The notes below the pieces were generated by a model. The model ran no database searches and was not told the origin of the DNA. It saw only the letters and a list, made by a program, of their open reading frames with translations. From Candidatus Hydrogenedentota bacterium (GTDB taxonomy: Bacteria > Hydrogenedentota > Hydrogenedentia > Hydrogenedentales > SLHB01), in NCBI GenBank assembly GCA_963674865.2, contig CAXXYE010000006.1:96001-160000 (forward strand): DNA of 64,000 bases. The letters are read 5' to 3'. This document shows positions 39,484-50,060 of this stretch, one piece after another. The first letter of the stretch is position 1. Each line of letters starts with the position of its first letter. Made by a program: the position numbers and the translations under genes.

Positions 39484-40941
39484 TCACTCAACGGGAGAAG
39501 GATTGATTGTCCCAAGCGCTTTTTCGAGCGCGGCATGCGCGACGGCGTACTCCCGCAGAGCATGATCTAGGCCGGTTTGGGCGTTGGTGAGCGCAAGCTG
39601 GGCGTCTAGTATCTCAGCCTGTGTACCCACGCCTTCCTGAAACCGCAACTCCGCGAGACGCAGCCCTTCGGTGCCCAGCGCCACCGTTCCCTTTTCGCTG
39701 CGGATTTTGGCGATGGCATCTTGAACCTGAATGTAGGCGCTGTTGACGTCCAACTCGACAAGCCGCTTGACGTCTTCTAGCTGGTACTCCAGGCTGCGCA
39801 GGCTTGCTTTCGCCTCCGCCACCTCGTTCTTGCGGCGCAAACCGGAGAAGAGCTCCCACTCACCGCCGATGGTGTACGTCCAGCCTTCGGGAACCATTTG
39901 GCCGCCCCCATCCAGGTTCGTCCATTCAGCGCCGGCCGCCACACGCGGGAGGTATTGGCCGCGTGTACGGCGGACGTTCTGCTCGGACGCGGCAATGCCC
40001 GCCTCAAGGGCCCGGACTTCGGGCCGTCGGGACCAGGCGTCCTCAACCAACTCCTGCACCGTGGCTGTCAATTCGACCCATGCAAGTTCGCCCACAAGCC
40101 GCACCTCGGTGTCCTGCGGCACGAAGAGAACTCTACGGAGGTTGACGAGGGCCAGTCGCTCGATGTTTCGCGCGGCGACGGCGTCCGCCTTGCGCGCGCC
40201 CAACTCCGTCTTCGCGCGGAGTACCTCGAACTGGCTAATCATGCCGACGTCAAACATCTGCTCCGCATCGGTGAGGTGCCGCTGGAACGTGATCACGCTT
40301 TCCTCGGCCACCTGCACCAGCGCCTGTGCCAATAGACAATCGTAGTAAGCCTGTTTGGCATCGTAGGCCAGCGCGTCGAGCGTTGCCTGACGCTGCCACT
40401 CCTGTGACTCGGCGAGGTACTTCGAGGCCTTCACGGCCGCGCGAATCTGCCCACCCGCGAAGAGCACCTGTGAGATGCTCAACTGATCGCTGCGCATCTC
40501 TTCATCCCCGGTTAGCGCGCTCATCGGGACGAGCTTGCCGAGCATGCCTCCGAGCTCGGGCTGGTTGGTGCGCTGGTAGCCGGAGCTGGCCTTCACTTGC
40601 GGCATGAATTGCGCCCGTGCCTGCCCGGTGCGCGCGTGAGCCGCGGCCACGTCCTCGTCGGCCACCATGACGCGGGCGTTCTGAGCAAGGGCCATCTCCA
40701 CGCACTGACGGACATCGAGGAGCAACGCGTTGCCGGACGGCGCTTCGCCGGTTTTTGTGTCCGCGAGCGGCGAGGTATCAACGGCTTCGAGGACATCTCC
40801 CGCGCCTTCGAGTAGAGAGCCGGAGCTCCGCCCTTCAACTGCTCCCGGGGCCGCGGGAGGCTCAGGCCCTTCCTGGGCCACGGCGACAGAAGCCAAGAAC
40901 GCAATTACAAGGAGATTCATCCATTTCATGGCAAAATCCAT
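39484..40941 (-). CDS. TolC family outer-membrane efflux protein
   Basis: Signal peptide, CVEMALAQN, two OEP repeats, AELRFQEGVGT..EILDAQ. An alternative start is 40929. Confidence 0.92.
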   Translation of the reverse strand: MDFAMKWMNLLVIAFLASVAVAQEGPEPPAAPGAVEGRSSGSLLEGAGDVLEAVDTSPLADTKTGEAPSGNALLLDVRQCVEMALAQNARVMVADEDVAAAHARTGQARAQFMPQVKASSGYQRTNQPELGGMLGKLVPMSALTGDEEMRSDQLSISQVLFAGGQIRAAVKASKYLAESQEWQRQATLDALAYDAKQAYYDCLLAQALVQVAEESVITFQRHLTDAEQMFDVGMISQFEVLRAKTELGARKADAVAARNIERLALVNLRRVLFVPQDTEVRLVGELAWVELTATVQELVEDAWSRRPEVRALEAGIAASEQNVRRTRGQYLPRVAAGAEWTNLDGGGQMVPEGWTYTIGGEWELFSGLRRKNEVAEAKASLRSLEYQLEDVKRLVELDVNSAYIQVQDAIAKIRSEKGTVALGTEGLRLAELRFQEGVGTQAEILDAQLALTNAQTGLDHALREYAVAHAALEKALGTINPSPVE

Positions 40942-41348
40942 CCCGGGTTAGGTTGTTGTAGGCTCAAGCCAGATGATACCTGCCCTCCATCAGGCAGTCA
41001 AAGGGATGAGAGGTGCGCGCCAACGTGGAAGGCTCTGTCGCTTCCCAACTATCTGGCGTCAGGACATCAACTCTGGTTCATGCGGCTGAGGGCTCGCCTC
41101 AACGGAAAAGAATCCACCGCAGTACAGAAAAGGCAGCGGTAAGGTAACACAAAAATAGGACCAAGCTCCCGGCGCCCCCGTTGCGTTGCGGCTCGCCCCC
41201 ATCTTTGCGCGCTTGTAAACGATCCCGGTATCATACGGAGGCTTGGTTATGACAGAACCTCATGCGGCGCAAGACACTTACGGCGCTTTCCGTTTGACGC
41301 CGGGGCAGCGTCATCACACGAACGAAAGCACCACCGGTACGGGAGAAG

Positions 41349-42692
41349 ATGGCCGAGAAGGCATATATTTATACGTTCGGATGTCAGATGAACGAGCACG
41401 ACAGTGCCCGGATGATGGAGATGCTCGTGCGGAGCGGATACGAAGCCGCTAACACGCCAGCCGAAGCATCGCTCATCCTCGTTAACACCTGCTCGGTTCG
41501 GGCCAATCCGGAGAACAAAGTCTATAGCTTGTTGGGGCAGTTACGCCCCCTCAAAGAGCGGAATCCACGCCTCATCATCGGCGTTACCGGGTGCGTCGCG
41601 CAGCAGGCCGGGGGCGACATCCTCGCGCGGGAAGGCGCGGCGGACCTCGTGGTGGGCCCGGATCAGTTCTTCAGGCTTCCCGAGTTGCTTGAAGCCGTTC
41701 GCCGCGGGGAGCGCGTAGTGGCCACGGAATGGCGCGAGAAGACGGGCCAAGTACAGAACTTCATCCCGGATGAATGGATCGACGCGGGCCATGTCGATGG
41801 CTGCAAGGCCTATGTCGCCATCATGAAGGGCTGCAACAACTTCTGTAGCTTCTGCATCGTGCCGTACGTGCGGGGACGCGAGCTCAGCCGCGAATTCGGG
41901 AACATACTCGATGAGATCCGCGACCTCATCGCCAAGGGCGCTAAGGAGATCTGGCTGCTGGGGCAGAACGTGAACTCTTACAGGGCCGGCGAAACAGGAT
42001 TCCACGAGCTGCTGGACGCCGTATCTGGCCTCGACGGATTGGTGCGCCTGCGGTTCACATCGCCGCATCCGAAGGACTGGGACAACAGCCTTTCCGGCCT
42101 GATGGCCGCCCGCCCCGTCATCTGCAATCACCTCCACCTTCCGCTCCAGGCGGGCTCGGATCGCATCCTCCAGGCGATGCGCCGCCGCCACACGGCCCAG
42201 GAGTATCTCGAGAAGGCACTATACTTGCGTTCGGCAATTCCCGAAGTGGAGATCAGCACCGACCTTATCGTTGGATTTCCCGGCGAAACAGAGCAAGACT
42301 TCGAGAAAACGCTGCGCATGCTCGATGAGGTCCGCTTCAGTCAGGTTTATGCCTTCATGTACTCGCCGCGCCCAGGCACGAAGGCGGCCGAAATGGCGGA
42401 TTCCGTGCCGAAAGAGGTCAAATGGACTCGGCTTCAGCGCGTTTTGGCCCGGTACGAGAAATTGAATGCACAGGCGATGAGCCGTTACCTGGACACAGTG
42501 CAGTATGTACTTATCGAGGGGCCGGATCCGAAGCAGGCGGGGGCTATGCAGGGGCGCTCCGATGGAAACAGGCCGGTTACCGTGAAGGGTGACGGGCTTT
42601 GCGTGGGCGATCTCGTTCCCGTGCGGATCACCGAAGTCCGTCAGCACTCTCTTGAGGGCGAGGTCCCGGCCTCGCCGCGCTCCCATGCCTGA
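41349..42692 (+). CDS. miaB: tRNA-i6A37 methylthiotransferase
   Basis: TFGCQMNEHDS, NTCSVR, GCNNFCSFCIVPYVRGRE, LLGQNVNSY, RFTSPHP, TRAM domain. Confidence 0.96.
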   Translation: MAEKAYIYTFGCQMNEHDSARMMEMLVRSGYEAANTPAEASLILVNTCSVRANPENKVYSLLGQLRPLKERNPRLIIGVTGCVAQQAGGDILAREGAADLVVGPDQFFRLPELLEAVRRGERVVATEWREKTGQVQNFIPDEWIDAGHVDGCKAYVAIMKGCNNFCSFCIVPYVRGRELSREFGNILDEIRDLIAKGAKEIWLLGQNVNSYRAGETGFHELLDAVSGLDGLVRLRFTSPHPKDWDNSLSGLMAARPVICNHLHLPLQAGSDRILQAMRRRHTAQEYLEKALYLRSAIPEVEISTDLIVGFPGETEQDFEKTLRMLDEVRFSQVYAFMYSPRPGTKAAEMADSVPKEVKWTRLQRVLARYEKLNAQAMSRYLDTVQYVLIEGPDPKQAGAMQGRSDGNRPVTVKGDGLCVGDLVPVRITEVRQHSLEGEVPASPRSHA

Positions 42693-43989
42693 CGACGCCC
42701 GACAGAAGAGGGCGTCGATCACCACTCTCGGGTGCCGGCTGAATCAAGCCGACGCGGGCCTCATTGAGGAGCGGCTGCGCGCCGCGGGCTACATGATCGT
42801 TCCTTTTGGTGAGCCCGCAGACGTGGGCATCATCAACACCTGCACAGTAACGGGTGAGGCGGACGCGAAATCGCGCAAGCAGATCCGCGCGTTCATTCGG
42901 AAGAATCCCCGTGCATTCGTAGCGGTCGTGGGTTGTTATCCCGAGGTCGAGTCCGAGGCTATCGCCGGGATCAAGGGCGTAGATCTCGTTGTCGGCAACG
43001 AACAGAAACTCGAAGTTCTGGATTACGTTTCCGATAAGAAAAACTCCGCCCCGGTGGTCATTCGGGATTCCATCCAGCGCGCCAACTTCACCATCAGGGC
43101 GACAGGCCAGGGGAGCGTTGAGCGGCGCGTAAACCTCAAGATCCAGGAAGGGTGCGATTTCGCCTGCACGTACTGCATCGTTCCCCGCGCCCGCGGGCCG
43201 GCGCGAAGCCGCGATATGGGCAACTTGCTTGAAGAGGCCGCGCGCCTTGTCGAGCGCGGGGTCAAGGAGATCGTCCTTACCGGCGTGAACATCGGCGCCT
43301 ACAGCTTCAACGACTACACGCTGGTGGACGTCATTCAGCAGATCTGCAAGATCCAAGGGCTCGCCCGCATACGGGTAAGCTCAACGGAGCCCGCGGCCGT
43401 CCATGAAGACCTCTTTCCGCTGATGAACGACCCGTCACACGCGCTCTTGCCGCATCTGCATCTGCCGGTTCAGTCGGGTTCTAACCAGATACTCAAGTCG
43501 ATGAGGCGCCGCTATATCCGCAAGGACTTCCTGGACTTTGTCGAGCGCGCCCACGCGGAAGTCGCCGACATTTGCATCGGCACGGATCTCATGGTTGGAT
43601 TCCCCGGCGAAAACGACGCCGATTTCGATGCCTCATGCCGGCTTCTTGAAGATGGCCACATTGACTACGCGCATGTGTTCAAGTACTCCGAGCGTCCCGG
43701 CACGCCCGCAGCGTCGTTTCCGAACAAGGTCGATGCCAAAGTAAAGAATGCCCGCAGCGCCCGGATTCGCAGGCTCGGCGCGAAGAATCGGCGAAGGTTC
43801 TACCGGGCCCACTTGGGGCGGATTCTGGACGTTCTCTTCGAGGAAGAGGCGGAGGGCCGCTGGCTTGGCTATACGCCGAATTACATCCGCGTGGGTGTGC
43901 GTTCAGAAGAGGCGTTGGATAACATTATTCGGCCAGTACGCTTGATGGAACTCGCAGGCGATATCGTCATTGGGGAGATTGCCGGATGA
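42685..43989 (+). CDS. mtaB: tRNA-t6A37 methylthiotransferase
   Basis: TLGCRLNQAD, NTCTVT..AD.KSR, KIQEGCDFACTYCIVP.ARG, HVFKYSERPGT, NYIRV. Start set at ATG 42685. Confidence 0.93.
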   Translation: MPDDARQKRASITTLGCRLNQADAGLIEERLRAAGYMIVPFGEPADVGIINTCTVTGEADAKSRKQIRAFIRKNPRAFVAVVGCYPEVESEAIAGIKGVDLVVGNEQKLEVLDYVSDKKNSAPVVIRDSIQRANFTIRATGQGSVERRVNLKIQEGCDFACTYCIVPRARGPARSRDMGNLLEEAARLVERGVKEIVLTGVNIGAYSFNDYTLVDVIQQICKIQGLARIRVSSTEPAAVHEDLFPLMNDPSHALLPHLHLPVQSGSNQILKSMRRRYIRKDFLDFVERAHAEVADICIGTDLMVGFPGENDADFDASCRLLEDGHIDYAHVFKYSERPGTPAASFPNKVDAKVKNARSARIRRLGAKNRRRFYRAHLGRILDVLFEEEAEGRWLGYTPNYIRVGVRSEEALDNIIRPVRLMELAGDIVIGEIAG

Positions 43990-44093
43990 GGCCGAGGGTA
44001 TCCTGCAATACTCAGGGAATTTCGATTCAGCGTCCCGCGTTTTACTCAGGAAGGAGAGGACGGCTCTAGTCGGAGAAAGATGGCCGCAATCAC

Positions 44094-44936
44094 ATGTCCA
44101 GCAGCAACGCCAATAATGAACTCCTCACCAAGGAGGAGCACCTTAAACAAGCGCTTGAGAGCTACGGCAGCATTGCTGTGGCCTATTCGGGCGGAGTAGA
44201 TTCCACGTACTTGGCGGATGTTGCACACGAACTGCTGCGTAACAAGGCTCATATGCTCATCGCCGACTCGCCGAGCGTCCCCCGCGCCGAACTCGCCGAG
44301 GCAAAGGGGCTGGCGCGGCAACGGGGATGGCGTCTTGATGTGATCGTCACTGCTGAGTTCACGCTCGATGCCTATCTGCGCAACGATCCACAGCGCTGCT
44401 ACGTCTGCAAGTCCGAGCTGTTCGGGCGAATGAGGCAATACGCCGAGCAGCATAGCCTGGCCGCCGTCGCGCACGGGGAAACCTTGGATGATGCCGCTGA
44501 TCGAACACGCGTGGGTGCTCGCGCCGCAGAAGAACTGGGCGTGGTTGCGCCACTGCGAGAGGCCGGGCTGTGCAAGGAAGACATCCGCAGCTTGAGCAGA
44601 TTCAGGGACCTCCCCACCTGGGATAAACCTTCTTTCGCGTGTCTCGCGTCACGATTCCCTGTGGGCACGCGCCTGAGTCTCGACGCGGTGGCGCGTGTGG
44701 AACAGGCCGAAAACGTGCTGAAGCGGGAGGGCTTTCGCCAGTACCGCGCCCGGCATCACGGGCCGATCTGCCGCGTTGAGCTGGATCCGGGGGAGTTGGC
44801 CAAGGCACTTGCACCGGGCGTCCGGGAACGCATCGTCAGGGACATCACGGCGGCCGGCTACCGGTACGTCACGCTTGATCTGGCCGGTTACCGTACCGGA
44901 AGTACGGCGGCGCTGCCTGAATCGAAGGCGCCGTAG
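44094..44936 (+). CDS. larE: LarE-family ATP-dependent sulfur transferase (PP-loop)
   Basis: AYSGGVDS, RCYVCK, WDKPSFACLASRFP.G, YVTLDLAGYRTGS. Confidence 0.92.
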   Translation: MSSSNANNELLTKEEHLKQALESYGSIAVAYSGGVDSTYLADVAHELLRNKAHMLIADSPSVPRAELAEAKGLARQRGWRLDVIVTAEFTLDAYLRNDPQRCYVCKSELFGRMRQYAEQHSLAAVAHGETLDDAADRTRVGARAAEELGVVAPLREAGLCKEDIRSLSRFRDLPTWDKPSFACLASRFPVGTRLSLDAVARVEQAENVLKREGFRQYRARHHGPICRVELDPGELAKALAPGVRERIVRDITAAGYRYVTLDLAGYRTGSTAALPESKAP

Positions 44937-44949
44937 CCGACCCTTTACG

Positions 44950-46317
44950 TCAGCGAAACAGGATCAATGTCGTCGCTTCATAGAACGCCGCGACAGCAAG
45001 CATGGCCCCCGCCAGCAATGCCCCGCTCGCCATGATGCCCAAGCCCGCCAGATACTCTCTGGCCAAACCGCCGCGCGCGATACCGTCAGCCACCCGAATC
45101 GGCAGCACACATGCCACAAACGAAGCGACAATGTACGCCTCAAGCTCCAGTACCATGGTGATCGAGTGGTACGTGAAGCACCACGCCGAACCAATCCAGA
45201 TGGGCGCCACGGCGAATCCTGCGAGGGCGAAACTGAACATGCTCTTGAGTAATCCAGCGCAAGGGATGAATAGGGAAGGCGCAATCGTGAAGGCCACGGT
45301 TCCGACGAGGAAGTTGTGGTGGAATGTGCTGGCTGCGGCGCGGAAGATATGCCCGGATCTGTACGCCGCGCCAACATCACTCAGGCCGCCGTGCTCGAAG
45401 ACGCCGCTCACTACCTGGACGAGGGCGGCGTTCCAGCGGGGATACATACACGCCAGTAGGATGAATAGAAAGAACAGGCCGTAGAGCATGCCGTGGATCG
45501 CCCAAAGCAGGCCCGGCCGTCGCTCCATCTCAGAGAGCACAGGGCGTAGCATACTACCGCGCCATCGCCTCGCGAGCCCTCGGAGCCAACGCACCTGCAG
45601 GGCCGCCCCGCCGCATGCAACAAGGAGCAGTCCGAGCACCACGCCCGCGGAAAAGATCTCGTCGCTCCGCGTTGCCCCACCGATGAGCGTTCCAGAGGCC
45701 TGCTCATCTTCGTCAGATTCACCGGCGCCGAGATGACGCATCCCCCCTGGATCAATCCACCCCCGCTTTGCACCCGCCTCCGCGGAGAACAGGCTCTGGA
45801 AGGCCTCGTTCTTGGGCAAAATGTAGGCAGTCGTCAATCCGGATACGGAGCGGCGGAGGCGTCCCACAACCTGAAAAGACACACCGTCCACAGTCACAGG
45901 GCCGGGGCGGGCAAGGTCGCCCGCGATAACCTCCGGCTTCCCACGCTCTGGCAGCCGTCCGCGCCCAATGAGACCGTTCCAAGCATCGTCAGGCAGAGAG
46001 ATCTCAATAAGGCGGATGTCCCGTATCGCCCTCAGCGCGGACAGGAGGTCCTGTATTTCTGGGGTGTCCTGGAACTTCTTCGGGATTGCCTCGAGAGGCT
46101 TTCCTGCCACTTCACGTACTGCAATGGGGATCGCCTCTTCTCGCAGGGGCGCGCAATCAATCCCTACGAGGGCCTCGGGCCACATCTGCGCGGAGAGCGC
46201 TTGGGTTTCCAGTGCGGCCGCACTGGCTATGAGCAGGATGCCGGCAACGACCGCCAGAGCGGGCCAGGCGAGATTCGCCCATAACCTTTCTCCGGCGAGG
46301 CGAGGCGCGGAATTCAT
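44950..46317 (-). CDS. Membrane protein with an extracytoplasmic domain and a C-terminal SpoIIM/DUF95-like multi-TM region
   Basis: An N-terminal TM, a soluble region, then several TM helices with TFHHNF, H..TMVLELEAY and AAFYEA. Overlaps the upstream stop by 4 nt. Confidence 0.6.
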   Translation of the reverse strand: MNSAPRLAGERLWANLAWPALAVVAGILLIASAAALETQALSAQMWPEALVGIDCAPLREEAIPIAVREVAGKPLEAIPKKFQDTPEIQDLLSALRAIRDIRLIEISLPDDAWNGLIGRGRLPERGKPEVIAGDLARPGPVTVDGVSFQVVGRLRRSVSGLTTAYILPKNEAFQSLFSAEAGAKRGWIDPGGMRHLGAGESDEDEQASGTLIGGATRSDEIFSAGVVLGLLLVACGGAALQVRWLRGLARRWRGSMLRPVLSEMERRPGLLWAIHGMLYGLFFLFILLACMYPRWNAALVQVVSGVFEHGGLSDVGAAYRSGHIFRAAASTFHHNFLVGTVAFTIAPSLFIPCAGLLKSMFSFALAGFAVAPIWIGSAWCFTYHSITMVLELEAYIVASFVACVLPIRVADGIARGGLAREYLAGLGIMASGALLAGAMLAVAAFYEATTLILFR

Positions 46318-47345
46318 AAGTCCACGGACACCTTCAACACATGCTCCCGGGCCTGCTCGACGAGTTCAAAGGCAGAAAGGGTGTCTTCGAGAGAGAAGGA
46401 ATGGGTGATCAGTCCCCGTACGTCCACCCTGCCGGCCTCGAGGAGCGCAATGGATCGGGGATAATCAAACCGGAATCGGCGGCACCATTGGAGTCGCAGT
46501 TCTTTGCGCCGTGCGACGCTTACGGGGAAGGAATCATGTTCAGCTCCGGAGATCCCCGTCAGGACGCAACGCCCGGCGGGACGCACGACCTCACAGGTGA
46601 GGCCCGCGGTATCGGACGAGCGGGCACAGTCAAAGGCGACATCCACGCCCCGGCCTCCCGTCTGCTCCAACAAGGCCGCTACCGTATCCTCGCGTTCCGC
46701 GTTGAAAGCAACATCAACGCCATACTTGCGTCCGGCTTCGACGCGGTAGTCCAGCAAGTCCGTACCGTAGAGTCGGCCCACGCCGGCCAACTTGGCCACT
46801 TGCGCCGTGAGAAGTCCTATGGGCCCCAATCCGAGGATGGCCGCCGTCTCGCCTGGCTTGATATCAGCAAGCTCGACCGTATGGACAGCGACGGCCAGCG
46901 GCTCGATCATCGCCGCTTCCGCCGCGCTTACGGAATCAGGCACAGGGAAACAGAATGCCGCATGCACCGTCTTGTATTCGCAGAACGCGCCATCATGGGG
47001 GGGGCCACCGGGGAACACCATATCCTGACACACATTGTAGTGGCCCGTACGGCAATACTCGCACTTCAGGCAAGGTATTCCAGGCTCTACCGCCACGCGC
47101 TTTCCTACCAGCTTCGGATCGGCATCGCTCCCCACAGCCTCGACGATACCGGCGTATTCGTGGCCAAGCACCAGCGGCTCCGTGATGCGTGTGGCGCCGA
47201 TATGCCCTTCCGCGAAGTAGTGCAAGTCCGAGCCGCAGATCCCCACGCTTTCAATGCGGATCAACGCTTCGTGGGACAGCGGGATTGGGCGCTCCATCTC
47301 GACCACGCGCATGTCGCGCGGGCCGTACCATTTCACTGCTTTCAT
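46314..47345 (-). CDS. Zinc-dependent polyol (sorbitol/iditol-type) dehydrogenase
   Basis: GICGSDLH, LGHE, AVEPGIPCLKCEYCRTGHYNVC, GLGPIG. Confidence 0.92.
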   Translation of the reverse strand: MKAVKWYGPRDMRVVEMERPIPLSHEALIRIESVGICGSDLHYFAEGHIGATRITEPLVLGHEYAGIVEAVGSDADPKLVGKRVAVEPGIPCLKCEYCRTGHYNVCQDMVFPGGPPHDGAFCEYKTVHAAFCFPVPDSVSAAEAAMIEPLAVAVHTVELADIKPGETAAILGLGPIGLLTAQVAKLAGVGRLYGTDLLDYRVEAGRKYGVDVAFNAEREDTVAALLEQTGGRGVDVAFDCARSSDTAGLTCEVVRPAGRCVLTGISGAEHDSFPVSVARRKELRLQWCRRFRFDYPRSIALLEAGRVDVRGLITHSFSLEDTLSAFELVEQAREHVLKVSVDL

Positions 47346-47376
47346 TGCGACATCATCCTTCCACCTGGAAAGCCGT

Positions 47377-49863
47377 TCAGGAGCCTGTCACTTGCATGAT
47401 ACGCCCGGCACGCTCCGCTATATTGACAAGGTGGTCGCCTACGCGCTCAAGATGGGCGATGAAATCCAGGAAGACCACCCCGGCCTGAACTTCGCACGTC
47501 TGCGCCTCCAAGCGGCGCACGTGGGCCTCCGTGGCCGCCTTTACCAATTCCGTGATTTCTTCCTCTTTGACAAGTACGTGGTCGACCTCGTTCGACTCGG
47601 CATGACCCAACGTCCTCAGGATAACGTCGAACTGCTGGTTCAACAGATCTTGGAGGCGACGGATATCTTCCTCCGCCGTGTCGGTGATCGTGTGCTGATT
47701 GTCGTGTTTGAGGTGTGTCAACTCGACCAGATTCTCTGAGTGATCTCCAATCCGTTCCGCATCGTTAACAGCGTGGATCAGTGCGGGGATTAGCGTGGCT
47801 TCCATCGGCGCCAGTTCCTTGCGCGAGAGTTCCACAAGGTAGGATGTGATTTCGGCCTGCAGGCGATCAATCAAATCCTCGCGGGCTTTGATCTTCTGAG
47901 CCAGATCCGACGGCCCGCCGTAGAAGAACTCGCAACCTTCATTGATCGACTTCTGCGCGCGCCGAAGCATGTAGCCCACCTCACGAACGGCTTGCTGGAG
48001 CGCAAGCGACGGCGAGTCGAGCAGATGAGGTTCCAGGTACTCCAGGACCGTTTCCCGGTCGGCGTCTGTAACAGGGATCACCTTTCTACACAGCCGCGCC
48101 ATGAAGTCCACGAACGGCAAGAACAGCATACAGTTAAGTACATTGAACGCGGTGTGCGCGTTGGCCACATGGCGCGTGAGGTTCTCAGGTGCCGCGGCAA
48201 ACACCTCCCCCGGCGTAATATGATCCACAAAGCCGAGAAAGACGGGCTGGCCGTGCCAGAGCGGCACAAAAAGCAAGAGGTACATCCAGGCCGCGCCGAA
48301 AATCTTGTAGAGGGCGTGTGCCAGCGCCGCCCGCTTGGCGTTGCGATTAGCGCCGAGCGAAGCGAGGATCGCCGTGATCGTCGTGCCGATGTTATCACCA
48401 ACAACGAGTGGCACCGCGGTGTAAAAACTCACCAGGCCCTGCCCGGATAGCGCGATCACGAGGCCGACGGTCGCTGAACTTGACTGGACAATACACGTGG
48501 CCACGGTTCCGATCACGATGCACATGAGCGTGGACATGGCGGGTATCCGCCCGTCCACCGGCGAACAATCAAACAGCTGGAACAGCGCCTGAAACTCGGG
48601 GCTGTGCCGGAGCGGCTTCAGGGTGTCAGACATGATGGTCATGCCTAGAAACAGCAATCCAAAGCCCATGATGGCCTCACCTAGGGCCTTCAACCACGGA
48701 CGCCGCCCGAGAGCCGTCATGGCAAGTCCTACGGCCACCGCCGGATAGGCGACCCAATCGAGTTGGAATGCCACAATCTGCGCCGTGATGGTGGTTCCAA
48801 TGCTCGCGCCGTATACCACCCCAATGGCCTGGGTGAGGGTCATCAATCCCGCATTCACAAATCCGACGGTCATCACCGTCACCGCGCTTGACGACTGCAC
48901 CATTGCCGTCAAGCCCGCGCCGACTCCCGTCGCAAGGAACCTGTTGCGCGTCATCGCTTGCAGAATGGCCTTGAGTCGCCGGTCGGCCATGCGGCGAAGC
49001 CCTGCCGACATCCCCTTCATTCCAACCAGAAAGATGGCTAGGCCACCGAAGAGCTTCACGAGCATCTTGGTCTTGCTCATGGCCATTGCGTGAAAGGTGA
49101 TCGGGCCCGCCGTGAAGCGGCGCTCTTGGGGAACGGCCGGCCGCGTGTCTCGCAGCGTCACCGACGCGAAGTAGGGCCGAACGCTCTTTCCGAGTGTCCA
49201 CGAGGTGGTGGCAAGTCCCCGTTCGTCCGTCCAAACGAGTTCATCACCGACCGACGAGTCGCTCGAAGCATCGGCCACGCGGAAACACGCCTCAATTCCC
49301 GCCGCGGGCGTCCCCGGGCCATCTTGCAGCCGAACGCCGAACGAATCGATAGTCCCTCCGGTAGGTTCTTCGAGATCGTGGCCGATGAGTTCGACGCCGC
49401 ACAGCACGCGAAACCGAACCGACTTCGCGCCTGACGGCGTATCGACCGAGGCAGTGATGCAGACGTTGCCAGGCCGGCTCCCCAGTCGCACCGTCGCTGA
49501 TGCAGAACCCGCCACGTCCGTTGGGACCTCTAGCCGCGCCAAACCGTTCGCAGCGAAGGCCGCGCCAGCCGCAGGTTCAGCGATAGCGAAGGTGACGCGA
49601 GCACCCACGACGGGCCGGGCGCTTCCCTTACCACCGAGTAGACCGCGCCGGCGCGGCGCCTCCACAATGACCCGGAGGGGACTGGGTAGGAGTTCGCCCT
49701 GTAGGCCACACTGCTCGTCCCCCGAGGCGTAAGGGTCGCGCGAGATGCTTGCGGGGGATAAAGCCACTTGCGAGCGGCAACCGACGAGCAATGCTACGGT
49801 GAAAAGAAAGATGCATAGCGTGGCCAGCGGCACGATCCGAGGCCGCCATGAAAAAGGGCTCAT
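47377..49863 (-). CDS. Na+/Pi cotransporter (NptA/YjbB family) with N-terminal lipoprotein signal, Ig-like domains and C-terminal PhoU-like domain (paralog 2)
   Basis: LLVGC lipobox, two QSSS repeats, GASIGTT and GDNIGTT, VANAHT, DAERIGDH and LERVGDH. Confidence 0.9.
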   Translation of the reverse strand: MSPFSWRPRIVPLATLCIFLFTVALLVGCRSQVALSPASISRDPYASGDEQCGLQGELLPSPLRVIVEAPRRRGLLGGKGSARPVVGARVTFAIAEPAAGAAFAANGLARLEVPTDVAGSASATVRLGSRPGNVCITASVDTPSGAKSVRFRVLCGVELIGHDLEEPTGGTIDSFGVRLQDGPGTPAAGIEACFRVADASSDSSVGDELVWTDERGLATTSWTLGKSVRPYFASVTLRDTRPAVPQERRFTAGPITFHAMAMSKTKMLVKLFGGLAIFLVGMKGMSAGLRRMADRRLKAILQAMTRNRFLATGVGAGLTAMVQSSSAVTVMTVGFVNAGLMTLTQAIGVVYGASIGTTITAQIVAFQLDWVAYPAVAVGLAMTALGRRPWLKALGEAIMGFGLLFLGMTIMSDTLKPLRHSPEFQALFQLFDCSPVDGRIPAMSTLMCIVIGTVATCIVQSSSATVGLVIALSGQGLVSFYTAVPLVVGDNIGTTITAILASLGANRNAKRAALAHALYKIFGAAWMYLLLFVPLWHGQPVFLGFVDHITPGEVFAAAPENLTRHVANAHTAFNVLNCMLFLPFVDFMARLCRKVIPVTDADRETVLEYLEPHLLDSPSLALQQAVREVGYMLRRAQKSINEGCEFFYGGPSDLAQKIKAREDLIDRLQAEITSYLVELSRKELAPMEATLIPALIHAVNDAERIGDHSENLVELTHLKHDNQHTITDTAEEDIRRLQDLLNQQFDVILRTLGHAESNEVDHVLVKEEEITELVKAATEAHVRRLEAQTCEVQAGVVFLDFIAHLERVGDHLVNIAERAGRIMQVTGS

Positions 49864-50060
49864 TTCCGTCTCCGGGCCTTGTCAGTTAGGCAAAGAAACA
49901 ACAGGGCGAACCTCACGAGCCGATGCGGCAATTCCGCCAAGCCCCTCACTCATCGGCGCCCGTGCATGCTTTGCTCCCCTTGTACGCTACGCCGTTCCCA
50001 AGAGCTTGTCGTGCGAGGACACTGTATCACGAGTTCGGATTCAGGCCCCGTCAGCTTACA

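Noticed and set aside
40942..41348. Riboswitch or tRNA in the tolC-miaB intergenic region
   Set aside because: I could not recognise a cloverleaf or aptamer consensus by eye; an Infernal search would be needed to exclude one.
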